A DNA stretch of 64,000 nt from Auanema rhodensis (Eukaryota > Animalia > Nematoda). Below the pieces are notes generated by a model. It saw nothing but the letters and a program-made list of their open reading frames with translations. It had not been told where the DNA came from and did not search any database. Shown here piece after piece: positions 26,871 to 41,500 of this stretch. The position numbers and the translations under genes are program-made. Every line of letters begins with the position of its first letter. The first letter of the stretch is position 1. The DNA lies in assembly GCA_964057225.1 (NCBI GenBank), contig OZ059899.1, positions 21,018,001 through 21,082,000 on the forward strand, in the 5' to 3' direction.

Positions 26871-29485
26871 AAGCATCTACTTTTTGCTAAATTATTTCGA
26901 AATTTTTTGAAAAAATTTTTGTCAAAATGTTTTTGGAAGCAATGTTGAGTGTACATGGAAACTCAACATACACTAATGCATCATTTTTCAAACGATCATA
27001 ACTAATTTTTGTATTAAGCTTTTCTCAATGTAGTATAGTGCATTCGATGCGGATTTTTAAGCTGCGTCGATCTGTGTTATCAGATTTGCGCTAGCTTAAA
27101 AATGCACCGAGATATCAACTGATATAAGTTCACACTTGAATCCTCGATTTTCACCCTGAAGAATTAATTTTTTCGTTAAATAACATTGTCCATCGTCTTT
27201 GCCTTGAAAAAAGGAATCTAAAAACATCTACTTTTTGCTAAATTATTTTGAAATTTTTTGAAAAAATTTTTGTCAAAATGTTTTTGGAAGCAATGTTGAG
27301 TGTACATGGAAACTCAACATACACTAATGCATCATTTTTCAAACGATCATAACTAATTTTTGTATTAAGCTTTTCTCAATGTAGTATAGTGCATTCGATG
27401 CGGATTTTTAAGCTGCGTCGATCTGTGTTATCAGATTTGCGCTAGCTTAAAAATGCACCGAGATATCAACTGATATAAGTTCACACTTATATCCTCGATT
27501 TTCACCCTGAAGAATTAATTTTTTCGTTGAATAACATTGTCCATCGTCTTTGCCTTGAAAAAAGGAATCTAAAAACATCTACTTTTTGCTAAATTATTTT
27601 GAAATTTTTTGAAAAAATTTTTGTCAAAATGTTTTTGGAAGCAATGTTGAGTGTACATGGAAACTCAACATACACTAATGCATCATTTTTCAAACGATCA
27701 TAACTAATTTTTGTATTAAGCTTTTCTCAATGTAGTATAGTGCATTCGATACGGATTTTTAAGCTGCGTCGATCTGTGTTATCAGATTTGCGCTAGCTTA
27801 AAAATGCACCGAGATATCAACTGATATAAGTTCACACTTATATCCTCAATTTTCACCCTGAAGAAATAATTTTTTCGTTGAATAACATTGTCCATCGTCT
27901 TTGCCTTGAAAAAAGGAATCTAAAAACATCTACTTTTTGCTAAATTATTTTGAAATTTTTCGAAAAAATTTTTGTCAAAATGTTTTTGGAAGCAATGTTG
28001 AGTGTACATGGAAACTCAACATACACTAATGCATCATTTTTCAAACGATCATAACTAATTTTTGTATCAAGCGTTTCTCAATGTAGTATAGTGCATTCGA
28101 TGCGGATTTTTAAGCTACGTCGATCTGTGTTATCAGATTTGCGCTAGCTTAAAAATGCACCGAGATATCAACTGATATAAGTTCACACTTATATCCTCGA
28201 TTTTCACCCTGAAGAATTAATTTTTTCGTTGAATAACATTGTCCATCGTCTTTGCCTTGAAAAAAGGAATCTAAAAGCATCTACTTTTTGCTAAATTATT
28301 TCGAAATTTTTTGAAAAAATTTTTGTCAAAATGTTTTTGGAAGCAATGTTGAGTGTACATGGAAACTCAACATACACTAATGCATCATTTTTCAAACGAT
28401 CATAACTAATTTTTGTATTAAGCTTTTCTCAATGTAGTATAGTGCATTCGATGCGGATTTTTAAGCTGCGTCGATCTGTGTTATCAGATTTGCGCTAGCT
28501 TAAAAATGCACCGAGATATCAACTGATATAAGTTCACACTTGAATCCTCGATTTTCACCCTGAAGAATTAATTTTTTCGTTAAATAACATTGTCCATCGT
28601 CTTTGCCTTGAAAAAAGGAATCTAAAAACATCTACTTTTTGCTAAATTATTTTGAAATTTTTTGAAAAAATTTTTGTCAAAATGTTTTTGGAAGCAATGT
28701 TGAGTGTACATGGAAACTCAACATACACTAATGCATCATTTTTCAAACGATCATAACTAATTTTTGTATTAAGCTTTTCTCAATGTAGTATAGTGCATTC
28801 GATGCGGATTTTTAAGCTGCGTCGATCTGTGTTATCAGATTTGCGCTAGCTTAAAAATGCACCGAGATATCAACTGATATAAGTTCACACTTATATCCTC
28901 GATTTTCACCCTGAAGAATTAATTTTTTCGTTGAATAACATTGTCCATCGTCTTTGCCTTGAAAAAAGGAATCTAAAAACATCTACTTTTTGCTAAATTA
29001 TTTTGAAATTTTTTGAAAAAATTTTTGTCAAAATGTTTTTGGAAGCAATGTTGAGTGTACATGGAAACTCAACATACACTAATGCATCATTTTTCAAACG
29101 ATCATAACTAATTTTTGTATTAAGCTTTTCTCAATGTAGTATAGTGCATTCGATACGGATTTTTAAGCTGCGTCGATCTGTGTTATCAGATTTGCGCTAG
29201 CTTAAAAATGCACCGAGATATCAACTGATATAAGTTCACACTTATATCCTCAATTTTCACCCTGAAGAAATAATTTTTTCGTTGAATAACATTGTCCATC
29301 GTCTTTGCCTTGAAAAAAGGAATCTAAAAACATCTACTTTTTGCTAAATTATTTTGAAATTTTTCGAAAAAATTTTTGTCAAAATGTTTTTGGAAGCAAT
29401 GTTGAGTGTACATGGAAACTCAACGTACACTAATGCATCATTTTTCAAACGATCATAACTAATTTTTGTATTAAGCGTTTCTCAA
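26678..29485. repeat. Local 4-mer higher-order repeat (1404 bp x2)
   Basis: AAGCATC/TTTCGAAAT monomer at 26678/28082, CTTGAAT at 27029/28433, GATACGG/GAAATAAT at 27731/29135. Confidence 0.88.
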
Positions 29486-32400
29486 TGTAGTATAGTGCAT
29501 TCGATGCGGATTTTTAAGCTGCGTCGATCTGTGTTATCAGATTTGCGCTAGCTTAAAAATGCACCGAGATATCAACTGATATAAGTTCACACTTATATCC
29601 TCGATTTTCACCCTGAAGAATTAATTTTTTCGTTGAATAACATTGTCCATCGTCTTTGCCTTGAAAGAAGGAATTTAAAAACATCTACTTTTTGCTAAAT
29701 TATTTTGAAATTTTTCGGAAAAATTTTTGTCAAAATGTTTTTGGAAGCAATGTTGAGTGTACATGGAAACTCAACATACACTAAGGCATCATTTTTCAAA
29801 CGATCATAACTAATTTTTGTATTAAGCGTTTTTCAATGTAGTACAGTGCATTCGATGCGGATTTTTAAGCTGCGTCGATCTGTGTTATCATATTTGCGCT
29901 AGCTTAAAAATGCACCGAGATATCAACTGATATAAGTTCACACTTATATCCTCAATTTTCACCCTGAAGAATTAATTTTTTCGTTGAATAACATTGTCCA
30001 TCGTCTTTGCCTTGAAAAAAGGAATCTAAAAACATCTACTTTTTGCTAAATTATTTTGAAAATTTTCGAAAAAATTTTTGTCAAAATGTTTTTGGAAGCA
30101 ATGTTGAGTGTACATGGAAACTCAACGTACACTAATGCATCATTTTTCAAACGATCATAACTAATTTTTGTATTAAGCGTTTCTCAATGTAGTATAGTGC
30201 ATTCGATGCGGATTTTTAAGCTACGTCGATCTGTGTTATCAGATTTGCGCTAGCTTAAAAATGCACCGAGATATCAACTGATATAAGTTCACACTTATAT
30301 CCTCGATTTTCACCCTGAAGAATTAATTTTTTCGTTGAATAACATTGTCCATCGTCTTTGCCTTGAAAAAAGGAATCTAAAAACATCTACTTTTTGCTGA
30401 ATTATTTTGAAAATTTTCGAAAAAATTTTTGTCAAAATGTTTTTGGAAGCAATGTTGAGTGTACATGGAAACTCAACGTACACTAATGCATCATTTTTCA
30501 AACGATCATAACTAATTTTTGTATTAAGCGTTTCTCAATGTAGTATAGTGCATTCGATGCGGATTTTTAAGCTGCGTCGATCTGTGTTATCATATTTGCG
30601 CTAGCTTAAAAATGCACCGAGATATCAACTGATATAAGTTCACACTTATATCCTCGATTTTCACCCTGAAGAATTAATTTTTTCGTTGAATAACATTGTC
30701 CATCGTCTTTGCCTTGAAAAAAGGAATCTAAAAGCATCTACTTTTTGCTAAATTATTTCGAAATTTTTTGAAAAAATTTTTGTCAAAATGTTTTTGGAAG
30801 CAATGTTGAGTGTACATGGAAACTCAACATACACTAATGCATCATTTTTCAAACGATCATAACTAATTTTTGTATTAAGCTTTTCTCAATGTAGTATAGT
30901 GCATTCGATGCGGATTTTTAAGCTGCGTCGATCTGTGTTATCAGATTTGCGCTAGCTTAAAAATGCACCGAGATATCAACTGATATAAGTTCACACTTGA
31001 ATCCTCGATTTTCACCCTGAAGAATTAATTTTTTCGTTAAATAACATTGTCCATCGTCTTTGCCTTGAAAAAAGGAATCTAAAAACATCTACTTTTTGCT
31101 AAATTATTTTGAAATTTTTTGAAAAAATTTTTGTCAAAATGTTTTTGGAAGCAATGTTGAGTGTACATGGAAACTCAACATACACTAATGCATCATTTTT
31201 CAAACGATCATAACTAATTTTTGTATTAAGCTTTTCTCAATGTAGTATAGTGCATTCGATGCGGATTTTTAAGCTGCGTCGATCTGTGTTATCAGATTTG
31301 CGCTAGCTTAAAAATGCACCGAGATATCAACTGATATAAGTTCACACTTATATCCTCGATTTTCACCCTGAAGAATTAATTTTTTCGTTGAATAACATTG
31401 TCCATCGTCTTTGCCTTGAAAAAAGGAATCTAAAAACATCTACTTTTTGCTAAATTATTTTGAAATTTTTTGAAAAAATTTTTGTCAAAATGTTTTTGGA
31501 AGCAATGTTGAGTGTACATGGAAACTCAACATACACTAATGCATCATTTTTCAAACGATCATAACTAATTTTTGTATTAAGCTTTTCTCAATGTAGTATA
31601 GTGCATTCGATGCGGATTTTTAAGCTGCGTCGATCTGTGTTATCAGATTTGCGCTAGCTTAAAAATGCACCGAGATATCAACTGATATAAGTTCACACTT
31701 ATATCCTCAATTTTCACCCTGAAGAATTAATTTTTTCGTTGAATAACATTGTCCATCGTCTTTGCCTTGAAAAAAGGAATCTAAAAACATCTACTTTTTG
31801 CTAAATTATTTTGAAATTTTTCGAAAAAATTTTTGTCAAAATGTTTTTGGAAGCAATGTTGAGTGTACATGGAAACTCAACGTACACTAATTCATCATTT
31901 TTCAAACGATCATAACTAATTTTTGTATTAAGCGTTTCTCAATGTAGTATAGTGCATTCGATGCGGATTTTTAAGCTGCGTCGATCTGTGTTATCAGATT
32001 TGCGCTAGCTTAAAAATGCACCGAGATATCAACTGATATAAGTTCACACTTATATCCTCGATTTTCACCCTGAAGAATTAATTTTTTCGTTGAATAACAT
32101 TGTCCATTGTCTTTGCCTTGAAAGAAGGAATTTAAAAACATCTACTTTTTGCTAAATTATTTTGAAATTTTTCGGAAAAATTTTTGTCAAAATGTTTTTG
32201 GAAGCAATGTTGAGTGTACATGGAAACTCAACATACACTAAGGCATCATTTTTCAAACGATCATAACTAATCTTTGTATTAAGCGTTTTTCAATGTAGTA
32301 CAGTGCATTCGATGCGGATTTTTAAGCTGCGTCGATCTGTGTTATCATATTTGCGCTAGCTTAAAAATGCACCGAGATATCAACTGATATAAGTTCACAC

Positions 32401-33140
32401 TTATATCATCAATTTTCACCCTGAAGAATTAATTTTTTCGTTGAATAACATTGTCCATCGTCTTTGCCTTGAGAAAAGGAATCTAAAAACATCTACTTTT
32501 TGCTAAATTATTTTGAAAATTTTCGAAAAAATTTTTGTCAAAATGTTTTTGGAAGCAATGTTGAGTGTACATGGAAACTCAACGTACACTAATGCATCAT
32601 TTTTCAAACGATCATAACTAATTTTTGTATTAAGCGTTTCTCAATGTAGTATAGTGCATTCGATGCGGATTTTTAAGCTACGTCGATCTGTGTTATCAGA
32701 TTTGCGCTAGCTTAAAAATGCACCGAGATATCAACTGATATAAGTTCACACTTATATCCTCGATTTTCACCCTGAAGAATTAATTTTTTCGTTGAATAAC
32801 ATTGTCCATCGTCTTTGCCTTGAAAAAAGGAATCTAAAAACATCTACTTTTTGCTGAATTATTTTGAAAATTTTCGAAAAAATTTTTGTCAAAATGTTTT
32901 TGGAAGCAATGTTGAGTGTACATGGAAACTCAACGTACACTAATGCATCATTTTTCAAACGATCATAACTAATTTTTGTATTAAGCGTTTCTCAATGTAG
33001 TATAGTGCATTCGATGCGGATTTTTAAGCTGCGTCGATCTGTGTTATCATATTTGCGCTAGCTTAAAAATGCACCGAGATATCAACTGATATAAGTTCAC
33101 ACTTATATCCTCGATTTTCACCCTGAAGAATTAATTTTTT
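29486..33140. repeat. Local 7-mer duplication (2457-bp period, ~1.5 copies)
   Basis: GAAAGAAG monomer at 29486/31943, GTACAG at 29837/32294, GCTACG+GCTGAA at 30188/32645. The ORF calls at 30310 and 32767 are 2457 bp apart. Confidence 0.85.
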
Positions 33141-36100
33141 CGTTAAATAACATTGTCCATCGTCTTTGCCTTGAAAAAAGGAATCTAAAAACATCTACTT
33201 TTTGCTAAATTATTTTGAAATTTTTTGAAAAAATTTTTGTCAAAATGTTTTTGGAAGCAATGTTGAGTGTACATGGAAACTCAACATACACTAATGCATC
33301 ATTTTTCAAACGATCATAACTAATTTTTGTATTAAGCTTTTCTCAATGTAGTATAGTGCATTCGATGCGGATTTTTAAGCTGCGTCGATCTGTGTTATCA
33401 GATTTGCGCTAGCTTAAAAATGCACCGAGATATCAACTGATATAAGTTCACACTTATATCCTCGATTTTCACCCTGAAGAATTAATTTTTTCGTTGAATA
33501 ACATTGTCCATCGTCTTTGCCTTGAAAAAAGGAATCTAAAAACATCTACTTTTTGCTAAATTATTTTGAAATTTTTTGAAAAAATTTTTGTCAAAATGTT
33601 TTTGGAAGCAATGTTGAGTGTACATGGAAACTCAACATACACTAATGCATCATTTTTCAAACGATCATAACTAATTTTTGTATTAAGCTTTTCTCAATGT
33701 AGTATAGTGCATTCGATGCGGATTTTTAAGCTGCGTCGATCTGTGTTATCAGATTTGCGCTAGCTTAAAAATGCACCGAGATATCAACTGATATAAGTTC
33801 ACACTTATATCCTCGATTTTCACCCTGAAGAATTAATTTTTTCGTTGAATAACATTGTCCATCGTCTTTGCCTTGAAAAAAGGAATCTAAAAACATCTAC
33901 TTTTTGCTAAATTATTTTGAAATTTTTTGAAAAAATTTTTGTCAAAATGTTTTTGGAAGCAATGTTGAGTGTACATGGAAACTCAACATACACTAATGCA
34001 TCATTTTTCAAACGATCATAACTAATTTTTGTATTAAGCTTTTCTCAATGTAGTATAGTGCATTCGATGCGGATTTTTAAGCTGCGTCGATCTGTGTTAT
34101 CAGATTTGCGCTAGCTTAAAAATGCACCGAGATATCAACTGATAAAAGTTCACACTTATATCCTCGATTTTCACCCTGAAGAATTAATTTTTTCGTTGAA
34201 TAACATTGTCCATCGTCTTTGCCTTGAAAAAAGGAATCTAAAAGCATCTACTTTTTGCTAAATTATTTCGAAAGTTTTTGAAAAAATTTTTGTCAAAATG
34301 TTTTTGGAAGCAATGTTGAGTGTACATGGAAACTCAACATACACTAATGCATCATTTTTCAAACGATCATAACTAATTTTTGTATTAAGCTTTTCTCAAT
34401 GTAGTATAGTGCATTCGATGCGGATTTTTAAGCTGCGTCGATCTGTGTTATCAGATTTGCGCTAGCTTAAAAATGCACCAAGATATCAACTGATATAAGT
34501 TCACACTTATATCCTCGATTTTCACCCTGAAGAATTAATTTTTTCGTTGAATAACATTGTCCATCGTCTTTGCCTTGAAAAAAGGAATCTAAAAACATCT
34601 ACTTTTTGCTAAATTATTTTGAAATTTTTTGAAAAAATTTTTGTCAAAATGTTTTTGGAAGCAATGTTGAGTGTACATGGAAACTCAACATACACTAATG
34701 CATCATTTTTCAAACGATCATAACTAATTTTTGTATTAAGCGTTTCTCAATGTAGTATAGTGCATTCGATGCGGATTTTTAAGCTGCGTCGATCTGTGTT
34801 ATCAGATTTGCGCTAGCTTAAAAATGCACCGAGATATCAACTGATATAAGTTCACACTTATATCCTCGATTTTCACCCTGAAGAATTAATTTTTTCGTTG
34901 GATAACATCGTCCATCGTCTTTGCCTTGAAAAAAGGAATCTAAAAACATCTACTTTTTGCTAAATTATTTTGAAATTTTTCGAAAAAATTTTTGTCAAAA
35001 TGTTTTTGGAAGCAATGTTGAGTGTACATGGAAACTCAACGTACACTAATGCATCATTTTTCAAACGATCATAACTAATTTTTGTATTAAGCGTTTTTCA
35101 ATGTAGTATAGTGCATTCGATGCGGATTTTTAAGCTGCGTCGATCTGTGTTATCAGATTTGCGCTAGCTTAAAAATGCACCGAGATATCAACTGATATAA
35201 GTTCACACTTATATCCTCGATTTTCACCCTGAAGAATTAATTTTTTCGTTAAATAACATTGTCCATCGTCTTTGCCTTGAAAAAAGGAATCTAAAAACAT
35301 CTACTTTTTGCTAAATTATTTCAAAATTTTTTGAAAAAATTTTTGTCAAAATGTTTTTGGAAGCAATGTTGAGTGTACATGGAAACTCAACATACACTAA
35401 TGCATCATTTTTCAAACGATCATAACTAATTTTTGTATTAAGCGTTTTTCAATGTAGTATAGTGCATTCGATGCGGATTTTTAAGCTGCGTCGATCTGTG
35501 TTATCAGATTTGCGCTAGCTTAAAAATGCACCGAGATATCAACTGATATAAGTTCACACTTATATCCTCGATTTTCACCCTGAAGAATTAATTTTTTCGT
35601 TAAATAACATTGTCCATCGTCTTTGCCTTGAAAAAAGGAATCTAAAAACATCTACTTTTTGCTAAATTATTTTGAAATTTTTTGAAAAAATTTTTGTCAA
35701 AATGTTTTTGGAAGCAATGTTGAGTGTACATGGAAACTCAACATACACTAATGCATCATTTTTCAAACGATCATAACTAATTTTTGTATTAAGCTTTTCT
35801 CAATGTAGTATAGTGCATTCGATGCGGATTTTTAAGCTGCGTCGATCTGTGTTATCAGATTTGCGCTAGCTTAAAAATGCACCGAGATATCAACTGATAT
35901 AAGTTCACACTTATATCCTCGATTTTCACCCTGAAGAATTTATTTTTTCGTTGAATAACATTGTCCATCGTCTTTGCCTTGAAAAAAGGAATCTAAAAAC
36001 ATCTACTTTTTGCTAAATTATTTTGAAATTTTTTGAAAAAATTTTTGTCAAAATGTTTTTGGAAGCAATGTTGAGTGTACATGGAAACTCAACATACACT

Positions 36101-36505
36101 AATGCATCATTTTTCAAACGATCATAACTAATTTTTGTATTAAGCTTTTCTCAATGTAGTATAGTGCATTCGATGCGGATTTTTAAGCTGCGTCGATCTG
36201 TGTTATCAGATTTGCGCTAGCTTAAAAATGCACCGAGATATCAACTGATAAAAGTTCACACTTATATCCTCGATTTTCACCCTGAAGAATTAATTTTTTC
36301 GTTGAATAACGTTGTCCATCGTCTTTGCCTTGAAAAAAGGAATCTAAAAGCATCTACTTTTTGCTAAATTATTTCAAAATTTTTTGAAAAAATTTTTGTC
36401 AAAATGTTTTTGGAAGCAATGTTGAGTGTACATGGAAACTCAACATACACTAATGCATCATTTTTCAAACGATCATAACTAATTTTTGTATTAAGCTTTT
36501 CTCAA

Positions 36506-37809
36506 TGTAGTATAGTGCATTCGATGCGGATTTTTAAGCTGCGTCGATCTGTGTTATCAGATTTGCGCTAGCTTAAAAATGCACCGAGATATCAACTGAT
36601 AAAAGTTCACACTTATATCCTCGATTTTCACCCTGAAGAATTAATTTTTTCGTTGAATAACATTGTCCATCGTCTTTGCCTTGAAAAAAGGAATCTAAAA
36701 ACATCTACTTTTTGCTAAATTATTTTGAAATTATGGAAACTCAACGTACACTGATGCATCATTTTTCAAACGATCATAACTAATTTTTGTATTAAGCTTT
36801 TCTCAATGTAGTATAGTGCATTCGATGCGGATTTTTAAGCTGCGTCGATCTGTGTTATCAGATTTGCGCTAGCTTAAAAATGCACCGAGATATCAACTGA
36901 TATAAGTTCACACTTATATCCTCGATTTTCACCCTGAAGAATTAATTTTTTCGTTGAATAACATTGTCCATCGTCTTTGCCTTGAAAAAAGGAATCTAAA
37001 AACATCTACTTTTTGCTAAATTATTTTGAAATTTTTTGAAAAAATTTTTGTCAAAATGTTTTTGGAAGCAATGTTGAGTGTACATGGAAACTCAACATAC
37101 ACTAATGCATCATTTTTCAAACGATCATAACTAATTTTTGTATTAAGCTTTTCTCAATGTAGTATAGTGCATTCGATGCGGATTTTTAAGCTGCGTCGAT
37201 CTGTGTTATCAGATTTGCGCTAGCTTAAAAATGCACCGAGATATCAACTGATAAAAGTTCACACTTATATCCTCGATTTTCACCCTGAAGAATTAATTTT
37301 TTCGTTGAATAACATTGTCCATCGTCTTTGCCTTGAAAAAAGGAATCTAAAAACATCTACTTTTTGCTAAATTATTTTGAAATTATGGAAACTCAACGTA
37401 CACTGATGCATCATTTTTCAAACGATCATAACTAATTTTTGTATTAAGCTTTTCTCAATGTAGTATAGTGCATTCGATGCGGATTTTTAAGCTGCGTCGA
37501 TCTGTGTTATCAGATTTGCGCTAGCTTAAAAATGCACCGAGATATCAACTGATATAAGTTCACACTTATATCCTCGATTTTCACCCTGAAGAATTAATTT
37601 TTTCGTTGAATAACATTGTCCATCGTCTTTGCCTTGAAAAAAGGAATCTAAAAACATCTACTTTTTGCTAAATTATTTTGAAATTTTTTGAAAAAATTTT
37701 TGTCAAAATGTTTTTGGAAGCAATGTTGAGTGTACATGGAAACTCAACATACACTAATGCATCATTTTTCAAACGATCATAACTAATTTTTGTATTAAGC
37801 TTTTCTCAA
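36506..37809. repeat. Two copies of a 652-bp unit: 301-bp deleted monomer (lacking pos 228-277) plus a full 351-bp monomer
   Basis: Junction TTTTGAAATT|ATGGAAAC at 36732/36733 and 37384/37385. Monomer starts are 36506, 36807, 37158 and 37459. Confidence 0.95.
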
Positions 37810-38511
37810 TGTAGTATAGTGCATTCGATGCGGATTTTTAAGCTGCGTCGATCTGTGTTATCAGATTTGCGCTAGCTTAAAAATGCACCGAGATATCAAC
37901 TGATATAAGTTCACACTTATATCCTCGATTTTCACCCTGAAGAATTAATTTTTTCGTTGAATAACATTGTCCATCGTCTTTGCCTTGAAAAAAGGAATCT
38001 AAAAACATCTACTTTTTGCTAAATTATTTTGAAATTTTTCGAAAAAATTTTTGTCAAAATGTTTTTGGAAGCAATGTTGAGTGTACATGGAAACTCAACA
38101 TACACTAAGGCATCATTTTTCAAACGATCATAACTAATTTTTGAACTAAGCGTTTCTCAATGTAGTATAGTGCATTCGATGCGGATTTTTTAGCTGCGTC
38201 GATCTGTGTTATCAGATTTGCGCTAGCTTAAAAATGCACCGAGATATCAACTGATATAAGTTCACACTTATATCCTCGATTTTCACCCTGAAGAATTAAT
38301 TTTTTCGTTGAATAACATTGTCCATCGTCTTTGCCTTGAAAAAAGGAATCTAAAAACATCTACTTTTTGCTAAATTATTTTGAAATTTTTTGAAAAAATT
38401 TTTGTCAAAATGTTTTTGGAAGCAATGTTGAGTGTACATGGAAACTCAACATACACTAATGCATCATTTTTCAAACGATCATAACTAATTTTTGTATTAA
38501 GCTTTTCTCAA

Positions 38512-41500
38512 TGTAGTATAGTGCATTCGATGCGGATTTTTAAGCTGCGTCGATCTGTGTTATCAGATTTGCGCTAGCTTAAAAATGCACCGAGATATCA
38601 ACTGATATAAGTTCACACTTATATCCTCGATTTTCACCCTGAAGAATTAATTTTTTCGTTGAATAACATTGTCCATCGTCTTTGCCTTGAAAAAAGGAAT
38701 CTAAAAACATCTACTTTTTGCTAAATTATTTTGAAATTTTTCGAAAAAATTTTTGTCAAAATGTTTTTGGAAGCAATGTTGAGTGTACATGGAAACTCTA
38801 CATACACTAAGGCATCATTTTTCAAACGATCATAACTAATTTTTATATTAAGCGTTTCTCAATGTAGTATAGTGCATTCGATGCGGATTTTTAAGCTGCG
38901 TCGATCTGTGTTATCAGATTTGCGCTAGCTTAAAAATGCACCGAGATATCAACTAATATAAGTTCACACTTATATCCTCGATTTTCACCCTGAAGAATTA
39001 ATTTTTTCGTTGAATAACATTGTCCATCGTCTTTGCCTTGAAAAAAGGAATCTAAAAACATCTACTTTTTGCTAAATTATCTTGAAATTTTTTGAAAAAA
39101 TTTTGTCAAAATGTTTTTGGAAGCAATGTTGAGTGTACATGGAAACTCAACATACACTAATGCATCATTTTTCAAACGATCATAACTAATTTTTGTATCA
39201 AGCGTTTCTCAATGAGTATAGTGCATTCGATGCGGATTTTTAAGCTGCGTCGATCTGTGTTATCAGATTTGCGCTAGCTTAAAAATGCACCGAGATATCA
39301 ACTGATATAAGTTCACACTTATATCCTCGATTTTCACCCTGAAGAATTAAATTTTTCGTTGAATAACATTGTCCATCGTCTTTGCCTTAAAAAAAGGAAT
39401 CTAAAAACATCTACTTTTCGCTAAATTATTTTGAATTTTTTCGAAAAAATTTTTGTCAAAATGTTTTTGGAAGCAATGTTGAGTGTACATGGAAACTCAA
39501 CATACACTAAGGCATCATTTTTCAAACGATCATAACTAATTTTTGTATCAAGCGTTTCTCAATGAGTATAGTGCATTCGATGCGGATTTTTAAGCTGCGT
39601 CGATCTGTGTTATCAGATTTGCGCTAGCTTAAAAATGCACCGAGATATCAACTGATATAAGTTCACACTTATATCCTCGATTTTCACCCTGAAGAATTAA
39701 TTTTTTTTGGTTGAATAACATTGTCCATCGTCTTTGCCTTGAAAAAAGGAATCTAAAAACATCCACTTTTTGCTAAATTATTTTGAAATTTTTTGAAAAA
39801 ATTTTTGTCAAAATGTTTTTGGAAGCAATGTTGAGTGTACATGGAAACTCAACATACACTAATGCATCATATTTCAAACGATCATAACTAATTTTTGTAC
39901 TAAGCGTTTCTCAATGTAGTATAGTGCATTCGATGCGGATTTTTAAGCTGCGTCGATCTGTGTTATCAGATTTGCGCTAGCTTAAAAATGCACCGAGATA
40001 TCAACTGATATAAGTTCACACTTATATCCTCGATTTTCACCCTGAAGAATTAATTTTTTCGTTGAATAACATTGTCCATCGTCTTTGCCTTGAAAAAAGG
40101 AATCTAAAAACATCTACTTTTTGCTAAATTATTTTGAAATTTTTTGAAAAAATTTTTGTCAAAATGTTTTTGGAAGCAATGTTGAGTGTACATGGAAACT
40201 CAACATACACTAATGCATCATTTTTCAAACGATCATAACTAATTTTTGTATTAAGCTTTTCTCAATGTAGTATAGTGCATTCGATGCGGATTTTTAAGCT
40301 GCGTCGATCTGTGTTATCAGATTTGCGCTAGCTTAAAAATGCACCGAGATATCAACTGATATAAGTTCACACTTATATCCTCGATTTTCACCCTGAAGAA
40401 TTAATTTTTTTTGGTTGAATAACATTGTCCATCGTCTTTGCCTTGAAAAAAGGAATCTAAAAACATCTACTTTTTGCTAAATTATTTTGAAATTTTTTGA
40501 AAAAATTTTTGTCAAAATGTTTTTGGAAGCAATGTTGAGTGTACATGGAAACTCTACATACACTAAGGCATCATTTTTCAAACGATCATAACTAATTTTT
40601 ATATTAAGCGTTTCTCAATGTAGTATAGTGCATTCGATGCGGATTTTTAAGCTGCGTCGATCTGTGTTATCAGATTTGCGCTAGCTTAAAAATGCACCGA
40701 GATATCAACTAATATAAGTTCACACTTATATCCTCGATTTTCACCCTGAAGAATTAATTTTTTCGTTGAATAACATTGTCCATCGTCTTTGCCTTGAAAA
40801 AAGGAATCTAAAAACATCTACTTTTTGCTAAATTATCTTGAAATTTTTTGAAAAAATTTTGTCAAAATGTTTTTGGAAGCAATGTTGAGTGTACATGGAA
40901 ACTCAACATACACTAATGCATCATTTTTCAAACGATCATAACTAATTTTTGTATCAAGCGTTTCTCAATGAGTATAGTGCATTCGATGCGGATTTTTAAG
41001 CTGCGTCGATCTGTGTTATCAGATTTGCGCTAGCTTAAAAATGCACCGAGATATCAACTGATATAAGTTCACACTTATATCCTCGATTTTCACCCTGAAG
41101 AATTAAATTTTTCGTTGAATAACATTGTCCATCGTCTTTGCCTTAAAAAAAGGAATCTAAAAACATCTACTTTTCGCTAAATTATTTTGAATTTTTTCGA
41201 AAAAATTTTTGTCAAAATGTTTTTGGAAGCAATGTTGAGTGTACATGGAAACTCAACATACACTAAGGCATCATTTTTCAAACGATCATAACTAATTTTT
41301 GTATCAAGCGTTTCTCAATGAGTATAGTGCATTCGATGCGGATTTTTAAGCTGCGTCGATCTGTGTTATCAGATTTGCGCTAGCTTAAAAATGCACCGAG
41401 ATATCAACTGATATAAGTTCACACTTATATCCTCGATTTTCACCCTGAAGAATTAATTTTTTTTGGTTGAATAACATTGTCCATCGTCTTTGCCTTGAAA

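Noticed and set aside
3282-32958. Five near-identical 63-aa minus-strand ORFs (MKNDALVYVEF...)
   Set aside because: They occur only where monomer pos 212 A>G turns a TAG into CAG. All other monomers have the stop. There is no recognisable domain, and the K/F/I/N-rich composition reflects the A/T tracts.
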